Source of the DNA: Auanema rhodensis
Taxonomy: Eukaryota; Animalia; Nematoda
DNA: 64,000 bases
Reading direction: 5' to 3'
NCBI GenBank assembly: GCA_964057225.1
Contig: OZ059895.1
Coordinates: 10,912,001 to 10,976,000 of the forward strand
Part shown: piece by piece, positions 1-8,269 of the stretch
How the letters are laid out: each line of letters opens with the position of its first letter
Position numbering within the stretch: position 1 is the stretch's first letter
Notes under the pieces: generated by a model
Seen by the model: only the letters and a program-made list of their open reading frames with translations
Database searches by the model: none
What the model was told of the DNA's origin: nothing
Made by a program: the position numbers and the translations under genes

Positions 1-144
1 TCCAGCATTGATGAGATTTTGGGCTGTAGGTGATTGAATAATGCGTGGTAAAAACGATGCCAAAGTTGCCAGTATACCACCCAGTCCATGACCTCTCTGC
101 ATACCACGTTGAAACATCATTCCACTAAATGGCGCCCCACCCAT
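1..144 (-). CDS. 5' part of the Maverick core-like protein (copy cut by the window edge)
   Basis: Matches 2706-2849. Confidence 0.8.
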   Translation of the reverse strand, partial: MGGAPFSGMMFQRGMQRGHGLGGILATLASFLPRIIQSPTAQNLINAG

Positions 145-254
145 TTGTTAATTCAAAAGTGTTGTCCATTGAATTGAGTTCAAGTCTAGAAGGAGCTGTG
201 GCATATTGAACCGCACGTGCGCAATAAAAAAGTTACACTAGATCATTTTACTAA

Positions 255-565
255 ATGTATTCGTCTGAAATAGCGTCACTATTGCGATCTGTCCGCATCA
301 CTCGAAAACTATTCCTCGGTGTATTTAGCGCCGATACTCTACCCAAAACACGTCGAAAGAACTTTGCACTTGTTGTAAATACTGACACACACGATAAACC
401 GGGCACACATTGGCAAGTCATCTTTGTACGTAATGATCAAGCCTACTATTTCTGTAGCTTGGGATATAAAATGAACAAGTACATTCGTCATTATCTGGCC
501 AAATATAAAAATGTAAAAGTTAATACTTGCAAACCACAACGCATAATTGAATACACTTGTGGTGG
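255..565 (+). pseudogene. Maverick cysteine protease, C-terminally truncated at the duplication junction
   Basis: Identical to 5665-5975 up to TCGG, then reads out of frame into pPolB sequence (ORF 255-671). Confidence 0.88.
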
Positions 566-1233
566 CGTACTGTACAACAGTGCCAGAAGACTCACACTTG
601 GCACCAGCGCCATTTACAAATGTAGCCATAGCGGCTTATACAACCGCTCATGCAAGGCTACTATTGTATAAGGCAATGGAGAAAATTGGAAAGAACTTGG
701 TGCATACAGGTAATTTCATACTTTGTATACAATTTAACCGTACATCATTTAGACACCGATTCTCTAATTTATTTAAAATGCCTCGATCAGCCTGATTCAA
801 TTGAGGATATGAAGGGTGAATGGTTGGGTAAACTAACTTCAGAAATACCCGATGGTTGGTCAATGACCAAATTTGTTTCACCAGCTGCAAAAGTGTATAG
901 TTATGAGCTAGTAAATGCAGCTGGTCATGTCAAGTATATCACCAAGGCAAAGGGAGTGGTAAGTATAAAAATATATTATTGAGAAACTTTTTAAAATTAC
1001 AGACGTTGGACCACACGGCAGCCACCGTGGTAAACTATTAAAGTATGGAGCGATTGGTTCAAGGACTCGTGATGGATGGAGAAAAATTGGTTTTAAAAAC
1101 CAAAACAACGTTATTAAAGAGGCAGCTTAGTTCCATATCCACGATGGACATGACAAAGAGTACCAAGGTCGTAATGGATAAACTTTGTTATCTAGACGAT
1201 TTTAGTACTTTACCCTATGGTTATTGTGAATAA
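566..1233 (+). pseudogene. Protein-primed DNA polymerase B, C-terminal fragment with two introns (710-752, 959-1002) and an in-frame stop at 1039-1041
   Basis: Spliced translation: TNVAIAAYTTAHARLLLY..LVHT/DTDSLIY..GEWLGKLTSE..FVSPAAKVYSY..KAKGV/TLD..TLPYGY, which are typical Polinton pPolB motifs. Confidence 0.88.
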
Positions 1234-2456
1234 TTTTCAATATATTTGAATTTATAAATTTTATTATTGTCAAATAACTCGGACGAGTGTACAGTCGGTG
1301 AAATATCAAATACAAAAAATGTGTAGCCAGCTTTATACATTGCTGGTGTAATACCATTGGATGAATCTGTACGACCAAAGCCCAAACTCTCCAAGATGTC
1401 AATATATGCTGTGGCATAGGAAGAACGCCATTCTAAATTATAAGGGCGGGTAGGTATTACCCGATTGTTGAGCGTCAAGTATATATTTTTCAATTCAAAC
1501 GGTTTAAAGTTGAATGGCGAATGTTTAAAAGTACCATTATAGGCGTGTGCGCCGACAAGACCTACTACAACACGTTTCGGTGTATGCGACGTGAATAATA
1601 TGTTATTGGGTGAATCCAAACGGCCTCCTTCTATGAAATAAGATCGCATTTTCACTGACGTCATGGGGTAGTGTATTCGTTCCTTTACAAGTTTATCTTC
1701 TATAGCCATAGCTAATCCAGCGTTTAAATCAAACTCTTGAATAAGCAAGTGCACATCGTTGATATCTATTTTCAGGTTTGGAAACTCCTCCTTCATTGCA
1801 GCATCCTTGCTTTCATTATTCCATCCAAGTGTGTCAATTAAGAAATTATCACGGTTCGGATATGCAGTTAGCTCCATTTTTGAATAGTTTACAAACAGTC
1901 GTTCCTGATTGAATAAGTCGATATTGATGGGAGCAGCTATCTTACACAATATGCCATTTTTAACAAGCCCTTGTCGCGCTCTAAAGCCAGGACTGGCTGC
2001 ATTATCTATATATCTATCCGCATAATAGCCTGATATGGCAAGTTTGCTCTCTTTAACATCGTTGCTATACATTAGAATATTCTCAATATATGTTTTGTAG
2101 GCATGATTTACGGTAGAGTCATACACGCTAACATCACCAATTTTTAAATGATACGAGTGTATCAAACTGGCTGCAAATTGTTGGCATGGTGCAAAAACAA
2201 GGTTGTCTGGTACTGGATCACCGTTTGTGGTTACAATTTTGAATTTTACATTCAACCAACACCTTCTCAGATTAAGAAATGATTTGGAATTTTGGGCTAT
2301 AACAAATTCCCATGGTCCTTGAGGAAGAAAAGTATTTTTTAAAGGAACTTGTACAGTACAAGTGGATTCAACACCTAATGCCGACGCCGGTATGTCACTA
2401 TAATTAATATTAGGTAAAAGTGCTTGTGCTGATTTTGAATCTATAAATTTAGCCAT
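1221..2456 (-). CDS. Maverick major capsid protein (double jelly roll), probably C-terminally truncated
   Basis: 411 aa. Motifs GPWEFVI, YKTYIENIL, DLFNQER, PKRVVVGLV..AYNG..SPFNF, Y.AGYTFFVFDISP. The last ~15 aa come from AT-rich sequence at the pPolB 3' end. Confidence 0.88.
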   Translation of the reverse strand: MAKFIDSKSAQALLPNINYSDIPASALGVESTCTVQVPLKNTFLPQGPWEFVIAQNSKSFLNLRRCWLNVKFKIVTTNGDPVPDNLVFAPCQQFAASLIHSYHLKIGDVSVYDSTVNHAYKTYIENILMYSNDVKESKLAISGYYADRYIDNAASPGFRARQGLVKNGILCKIAAPINIDLFNQERLFVNYSKMELTAYPNRDNFLIDTLGWNNESKDAAMKEEFPNLKIDINDVHLLIQEFDLNAGLAMAIEDKLVKERIHYPMTSVKMRSYFIEGGRLDSPNNILFTSHTPKRVVVGLVGAHAYNGTFKHSPFNFKPFELKNIYLTLNNRVIPTRPYNLEWRSSYATAYIDILESLGFGRTDSSNGITPAMYKAGYTFFVFDISPTVHSSELFDNNKIYKFKYIENYSQ

Positions 2457-2849
2457 TTAAATACGATACGACCGCTCACGAGTTATGCACAGACGCTTAT
2501 GAGGTTTTGTTGTTTTGCGTCGTCGCCGCTTGCCCAAACCGGTAAGATCTCTTATAGCCTGCCGGCCGGTTGTTTTAAGAGTTTGCTTGATATTATCGCC
2601 CTTGAGCACCCCATCAACAATTTCATTGCTAGTTTTTAGCAATTGGCCGCCAAGAGGTGAATTTACAACTGGACTATTGCTTACAGCACTGGATAATGCA
2701 TTCCTTCCAGCATTGATGAGATTTTGGGCTGTAGGTGATTGAATAATGCGTGGTAAAAACGATGCCAAAGTTGCCAGTATACCACCCAGTCCATGACCTC
2801 TCTGCATACCACGTTGAAACATCATTCCACTAAATGGCGCCCCACCCAT
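2457..2849 (-). CDS. Maverick small virion core/membrane-active precursor protein (adenovirus pVI/pVII/pX-like)
   Basis: 130 aa. QRGHG/LGG followed by an amphipathic helix; LTGLG adenain-type site before a KRRRRK basic tail. Its stop abuts the MCP ATG (TAA-ATG). Confidence 0.7.
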   Translation of the reverse strand: MGGAPFSGMMFQRGMQRGHGLGGILATLASFLPRIIQSPTAQNLINAGRNALSSAVSNSPVVNSPLGGQLLKTSNEIVDGVLKGDNIKQTLKTTGRQAIRDLTGLGKRRRRKTTKPHKRLCITRERSYRI

Positions 2850-2959
2850 TTGTTAATTCAAAAGTGTTGTCCATTGAATTGAGTTCAAGTCTAGAAGGAG
2901 CTGTGGCATATTGAACCGCACGTGCGCAATACAAAAGTTACATTAGATCATTTTACTAA

Positions 2960-3270
2960 ATGTATTCGTCTGAAATAGCGTCACTATTGCGATCTGTCCG
3001 CATCACTCGAAAACTATTCCTCGGTGTATTTAGCGCCGATACTCTACCCAAAACACGTCGAAAGAACTTTGCACTTGTTGTAAATACTGACACACACGAT
3101 AAACCGGGCACACATTGGCAAGTCATCTTTGTACGTAATGATCAAGCCTACTATTTCTGTAGCTTGGGATATAAAATGAACAAGTACATTCGTCATTATC
3201 TGGCCAAATATAAAAATGTAAAAGTTAATACTTGCAAACCACAACGCATAATTGAATACACTTGTGGTGG
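2960..3270 (+). pseudogene. Maverick cysteine protease, truncated (copy 2)
   Basis: Copy of 255-565. Confidence 0.88.
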
Positions 3271-3938
3271 CGTACTGTACAACAGTGCCAGAAGACTCAC
3301 ACTTGGCACCAGCGCCATTTACAAATGTAGCCATAGCGGCTTATACAACCGCTCATGCAAGGCTACTATTGTATAAGGCAATGGAGAAAATTGGAAAGAA
3401 CTTGGTGCATACAGGTAATTTCATACTTTGTATACAATTTAACCGTACATCATTTAGACACCGATTCTCTAATTTATTTAAAATGCCTCGATCAGCCTGA
3501 TTCAATTGAGGATATGAAGGGTGAATGGTTGGGTAAACTAACTTCAGAAATACCCGATGGTTGGTCAATGACCAAATTTGTTTCACCAGCTGCAAAAGTG
3601 TATAGTTATGAGCTAGTAAATGCAGCTGGTCATGTCAAGTATATCACCAAGGCAAAGGGAGTGGTAAGTATAAAAATATATTATTGAGAAACTTTTTAAA
3701 ATTACAGACGTTGGACCACACGGCAGCCACCGTGGTAAACTATTAAAGTATGGAGCGATTGGTTCAAGGACTCGTGATGGATGGAGAAAAATTGGTTTTA
3801 AAAACCAAAACAACGTTATTAAAGAGGCAGCTTAGTTCCATATCCACGATGGACATGACAAAGAGTACCAAGGTCGTAATGGATAAACTTTGTTATCTAG
3901 ACGATTTTAGTACTTTACCCTATGGTTATTGTGAATAA
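3271..3938 (+). pseudogene. pPolB C-terminal fragment with introns 3415-3457 and 3664-3707 (copy 2)
   Basis: Copy of 566-1233. Confidence 0.88.
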
Positions 3939-5161
3939 TTTTCAATATATTTGAATTTATAAATTTTATTATTGTCAAATAACTCGGACGAGTGTACAGT
4001 CGGTGAAATATCAAATACAAAAAATGTGTAGCCAGCTTTATACATTGCTGGTGTAATACCATTGGATGAATCTGTACGACCAAAGCCCAAACTCTCCAAG
4101 ATGTCAATATATGCTGTGGCATAGGAAGAACGCCATTCTAAATTATAAGGGCGGGTAGGTATTACCCGATTGTTGAGCGTCAAGTATATATTTTTCAATT
4201 CAAACGGTTTAAAGTTGAATGGCGAATGTTTAAAAGTATCATTATAGGCGTGTGCGCCGACAAGACCTACTACAACACGTTTCGGTGTATGCGACGTGAA
4301 TAATATGTTATTGGGTGAATCCAAACGGCCTCCTTCTATGAAATAAGATCGCATTTTCACTGACGTCATGGGGTAGTGTATTCGTTCCTTTACAAGTTTA
4401 TCTTCTATAGCCATAGCTAATCCAGCGTTTAAATCAAACTCTTGAATAAGCAAGTGCACATCGTTGATATCTATTTTCAGGTTTGGAAACTCCTCCTTCA
4501 TTGCAGCATCCTTGCTTTCATTATTCCATCCAAGTGTGTCAATTAAGAAATTATCACGGTTCGGATATGCAGTTAGCTCCATTTTTGAATAGTTTACAAA
4601 CAGTCGTTCCTGATTGAATAAGTCGATATTGATGGGAGCAGCTATCTTACACAATATGCCATTTTTAACAAGCCCTTGTCGCGCTCTAAAGCCAGGACTG
4701 GCTGCATTATCTATATATCTATCCGCATAATAGCCTGATATGGCAAGTTTGCTCTCTTTAACATCGTTGCTATACATTAGAATATTCTCAATATATGTTT
4801 TGTAGGCATGATTTACGGTAGAGTCATACACGCTAACATCACCAATTTTTAAATGATACGAGTGTATCAAACTGGCTGCAAATTGTTGGCATGGTGCAAA
4901 AACAAGGTTGTCTGGTACTGGATCACCGTTTGTGGTTACAATTTTGAATTTTACATTCAACCAACACCTTCTCAGATTAAGAAATGATTTGGAATTTTGG
5001 GCTATAACAAATTCCCATGGTCCTTGAGGAAGAAAAGTATTTTTTAAAGGAACTTGTACAGTACAAGTGGATTCAACACCTAATGCCGACGCCGGTATGT
5101 CACTATAATTAATATTAGGTAAAAGTGCTTGTGCTGATTTTGAATCTATAAATTTAGCCAT
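3926..5161 (-). CDS. Maverick major capsid protein (copy 2), probably C-terminally truncated
   Basis: Copy of 1221-2456 with one G>D change. Confidence 0.88.
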   Translation of the reverse strand: MAKFIDSKSAQALLPNINYSDIPASALGVESTCTVQVPLKNTFLPQGPWEFVIAQNSKSFLNLRRCWLNVKFKIVTTNGDPVPDNLVFAPCQQFAASLIHSYHLKIGDVSVYDSTVNHAYKTYIENILMYSNDVKESKLAISGYYADRYIDNAASPGFRARQGLVKNGILCKIAAPINIDLFNQERLFVNYSKMELTAYPNRDNFLIDTLGWNNESKDAAMKEEFPNLKIDINDVHLLIQEFDLNAGLAMAIEDKLVKERIHYPMTSVKMRSYFIEGGRLDSPNNILFTSHTPKRVVVGLVGAHAYNDTFKHSPFNFKPFELKNIYLTLNNRVIPTRPYNLEWRSSYATAYIDILESLGFGRTDSSNGITPAMYKAGYTFFVFDISPTVHSSELFDNNKIYKFKYIENYSQ

Positions 5162-5554
5162 TTAAATACGATACGACCGCTCACGAGTTATGCACAGACG
5201 CTTATGAGGTTTTGTTGTTTTGCGTCGTCGCCGCTTGCCCAAACCGGTAAGATCTCTTATAGCCTGCCGGCCGGTTGTTTTAAGAGTTTGCTTGATATTA
5301 TCGCCCTTGAGCACCCCATCAACAATTTCATTGCTAGTTTTTAGCAATTGGCCGCCAAGAGGTGAATTTACAACTGGACTATTGCTTACAGCACTGGATA
5401 ATGCATTCCTTCCAGCATTGATGAGATTTTGGGCTGTAGGTGATTGAATAATGCGTGGTAAAAACGATGCCAAAGTTGCCAGTATACCACCCAGTCCATG
5501 ACCTCTCTGCATACCACGTTGAAACATCATTCCACTAAATGGCGCCCCACCCAT
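5162..5554 (-). CDS. Maverick small core-like precursor protein (copy 2)
   Basis: Identical translation to 2457-2849. Confidence 0.7.
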   Translation of the reverse strand: MGGAPFSGMMFQRGMQRGHGLGGILATLASFLPRIIQSPTAQNLINAGRNALSSAVSNSPVVNSPLGGQLLKTSNEIVDGVLKGDNIKQTLKTTGRQAIRDLTGLGKRRRRKTTKPHKRLCITRERSYRI

Positions 5555-5664
5555 TTGTTAATTCAAAAGTGTTGTCCATTGAATTGAGTTCAAGTCTAGA
5601 AGGAGCTGTGGCATATTGAACCGCACGTGCGCAATACAAAAGTTACATTAGATCATTTTACTAA

Positions 5665-6120
5665 ATGTATTCGTCTGAAATAGCGTCACTATTGCGATCT
5701 GTCCGCATCACTCGAAAACTATTCCTCGGTGTATTTAGCGCCGATACTCTACCCAAAACACGTCGAAAGAACTTTGCACTTGTTGTAAATACTGACACAC
5801 ACGATAAACCGGGCACACATTGGCAAGTCATCTTTGTACGTAATGATCAAGCCTACTATTTCTGTAGCTTGGGATATAAAATGAACAAGTACATTCGTCA
5901 TTATCTGGCCAAATATAAAAATGTAAAAGTTAATACTTGCAAACCACAACGCATAATTGAATACACTTGTGGTGGTTATGTTATATTTGTAATACTAATG
6001 TTGTCAGCTGGTAATACATTTGAAAGCATTTGTTCATTTTTTAAACTATTACAAAACGATGATGTCTTTATTAAAGCGTTTATGCATAAAGTATTCGACT
6101 ATAAATTATCTAGCATATGA
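5665..6120 (+). CDS. Maverick adenain-like (clan CE) cysteine maturation protease, full length
   Basis: 151 aa. FLGVFSAD.LP, VVNTD...PGTHW (His), PQ....TCG (Gln/Cys), C-terminal NDDVF. Confidence 0.9.
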   Translation: MYSSEIASLLRSVRITRKLFLGVFSADTLPKTRRKNFALVVNTDTHDKPGTHWQVIFVRNDQAYYFCSLGYKMNKYIRHYLAKYKNVKVNTCKPQRIIEYTCGGYVIFVILMLSAGNTFESICSFFKLLQNDDVFIKAFMHKVFDYKLSSI

Positions 6121-6330
6121 TCAACTTCGCCATTAAAACGTCACCTGCTACATTAGGTGGTCATTTATGAATATTCCCTGTCACTGTGAATTATGTATAA
6201 GATACACGTTGGAACAATCTGTGCCAACACCCCTGTACAAAAAGATTTTGAAACGTATTTCAGTGCCATTCATTAAAGAAATATCTCTGGGACTAGGCTT
6301 TTGTACAACACTAGTCATTATTCCACTCAT

Positions 6331-6339
6331 TATATAAAA
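6331..6339 (+). promoter_or_regulatory. TATA-box-like element upstream of the zinc-finger ORF
   Basis: TATATAAAA about 40 nt before the ATG at 6379. The AT-rich background lowers its significance. Confidence 0.3.
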
Positions 6340-6378
6340 GTGAGTTGACTGTGTGTGGTTGTTTTTTATTTTCCTCTA

Positions 6379-6843
6379 ATGGAACTTTTATGTAACAAGT
6401 ATTGTGTTACGTGCCAGGAAATATTTTCATCAGCCAAGCATTTTAGTGATCACGTATTGAAAAGACATGACGGGATTCAACCCGTATGTAACAGTTATAT
6501 CAGCAATGCTGACTTTATTCAAAAATATGGACATTTGGATGGTGTTCGTAGACGTTTGTGCCCTTATTGTAGTGAAACTTTTGGAACAAGATTCACTTGT
6601 CAGCGTCATATTCGGCGTCTTCATAATAGTAATGGAACGAATGGTAAAGATGGTGATGGAAATGATACCAGCGAACCCTCTGAAAAAACTGAGGAGTTTG
6701 TACAGTCAACCGAACCAAAACGATGCCGCTGCAATAGTAACCGAGAATATTCACAACACGAGCCGCGCATCGAACAAAACGGCGTTGAACTACCTTTTAA
6801 ATCTTCGAAAATCGTAATGTGGTCTTGTATAACTGTTGAATAA
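6379..6843 (+). CDS. Two-finger C2H2 zinc-finger protein (Maverick accessory gene)
   Basis: CVTC..F....HF..HVLKRH and CPYC..F.....CQRHIRRLH. Its 3' part overlaps the read-through tail of the minor capsid ORF. Confidence 0.7.
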   Translation: MELLCNKYCVTCQEIFSSAKHFSDHVLKRHDGIQPVCNSYISNADFIQKYGHLDGVRRRLCPYCSETFGTRFTCQRHIRRLHNSNGTNGKDGDGNDTSEPSEKTEEFVQSTEPKRCRCNSNREYSQHEPRIEQNGVELPFKSSKIVMWSCITVE

Positions 6844-7262
6844 AACATGTATTTCACATTTTTAACATGTAATGTAACAACTGTAGAACCATAATTAAAT
6901 TGCATAGGGCGGCCAAATTCATCTAAAATTTCAATACGTATAGTATCGAGTGTTTGCTTAGTGATTGGTACATAACGAATAGGATTAAATGTTTTGGCAA
7001 TCATTTTACCAAATTCAGTGGGAGGTGGTACAGGTAAACATGCAAGTATTTTAGCTTTCACATTACCGAGAATGGAATATTCTACAATATCACAATATAT
7101 ATACATTGTATTAATGTTGTTTGAAAAATCAATGGGGCGCCTGGCTATTAACGTGTCGTTGATAATTTTATTCTCAAAGCCAAGAAAATATGCGAGAGCA
7201 TCACCGAGTGTTGCATTCAACAATAGCCGCTTACTTGTTACAAACTCTATGCGTTGTACCAT
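6621..7262 (-). pseudogene. Maverick minor capsid (penton-like) protein, N-terminally truncated; homology spans ~6860-7262
   Basis: LAYFLGF..YIYCDIVEYSILG....ILACL..F.PIRYVP....DTIRIEILDEFG.P..F..GSTVVTLHV matches the conserved C-terminal half of the Polinton mCP. Confidence 0.8.
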
Positions 7263-7536
7263 TAAATGATGAGCGTTTAATAGTTATTCAAGGACCACCT
7301 GATCCGGATATAATAAAAGAGCAAAAGGGAGTAAACACCATACTAGTGCTGGATGATTTGATGAATTTTTTCTCATTGAATAAAGCGGCTAAAGAATTAC
7401 TCAACAACATTTTTACAGTGTGGGCACATCACTGGAATTTGGCAGTGTTTAATCTTGTGCAAGCTGCATTTCAGCTCGACAGGACCAGTCGAATTAATAG
7501 TACATATATAATACTGATGAAAAGTCATTCAGATAT
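7262..7536 (+). pseudogene. Maverick A32/FtsK-like packaging ATPase, internal fragment
   Basis: Walker B ILVLDDLM, FT..AHH.N and R.NSTYIIL motifs in ORF 7190-7600. Walker A is absent. Confidence 0.85.
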
Positions 7537-7800
7537 GTGTTCCATTGATTTACCCATAAGAGGTACGGTGACGATATGTGTTCCATTGATTTACCCATAA
7601 GAGGTACGGTGAACAAAATGGTTCGCCTAGATAAACAACAAACTTTTTAAAAGTTAAATTAATAATTATAAACTATAATAAACACAATCTATAAACAATG
7701 TAAACGAATAAAATTAAAAAATAAATATATAAAATATATCTTATCGAATTAACCTTCGATATGAGTTCCATTGATTAACCCATAAGAGGTACGGTGAACA
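7532..7800 (+). repeat. ~40-bp direct repeat, 3 copies (7532, 7573, 7758)
   Basis: gatatgtgttccattgatttacccataagaggtacggtga occurs twice in tandem, with a diverged third copy. Confidence 0.85.
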
Positions 7801-8070
7801 TATTAATTAGCTTTTATATATATTCAAATTTTATAAATTAAAACAAAAACAATATATATTAAAAAGTTTATTCAAATGTATAAATATTAAAGTACATTTA
7901 AAAAGAAATAATTAAATAATAATATTTAAAACATATATAAACATTAAAAATACATTTAAAAATAAAAAATAAAAAAAATATTTACAAATACAATTAACAA
8001 ATATATGAACTCTAAAAATTCATTTGAAAATACATTAAAAAATAATTTTTAAAAAGATTTTAAAAAAAAT
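7620..8070. other. Extremely AT-rich low-complexity tract
   Basis: Almost only A/T, with A-runs on the + strand. Confidence 0.8.
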
Positions 8071-8117
8071 CATGCATTTTGATCCATGCGCAGGCTCGAG
8101 AGCCTGACTCGGGAGGA

Positions 8118-8225
8118 AAAGTATATTATTGACAGCTGACGCCGAAAATATGATTTTGACAGCTGACGCCCCCAAAAGTATGTTTTTAGCAGCTGACGCC
8201 CTCGAAAGTATGTTTTTAGCAACTG
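8118..8225 (+). repeat. ~27-30-bp minisatellite, 3-4 copies
   Basis: cagctgacgcc(n)aaa(g)tatg(t/a)tttt repeated. Confidence 0.8.
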
Positions 8226-8269
8226 TTTGGGGGCGTGGTTAGTAAATTCGGCATGGCTCTCTACTGGGA

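Larger units (their letters stand above)
1..5975. repeat. 2705-bp direct tandem duplication (complete units 566-3270 and 3271-5975, plus a partial unit 1-565 running off the window edge)
   Basis: All ORFs recur at +2705. Copies differ by a few SNPs (MCP YNGT vs YNDT; gcaataaaaaagttacacta vs gcaatacaaaagttacatta). Junction is ttgtggtgg|cgtactg versus native ttgtggtgg|ttatg at 5975. Confidence 0.97.
1..7536. mobile_element. Maverick/Polinton (virus-like DNA transposon) remnant, rearranged and partly tandem-duplicated
   Basis: Cluster of hallmark genes recognised by motif: double-jelly-roll MCP, minor capsid, adenain-type protease, protein-primed PolB C-terminus, A32-like ATPase. No TIR or integrase seen in the window. 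Confidence 0.92.

Noticed and set aside
255-671. Novel 138-aa protease isoform
   Set aside because: The C-terminal ~35 aa are out-of-frame pPolB sequence created by the duplication junction.
7532-7800. 40-bp repeats as a CRISPR array or SL-like exons (ttacccataagag|gta)
   Set aside because: Eukaryotic context, no regular unique spacers, no cas genes; no GGTTT start or Sm site for an SL RNA.
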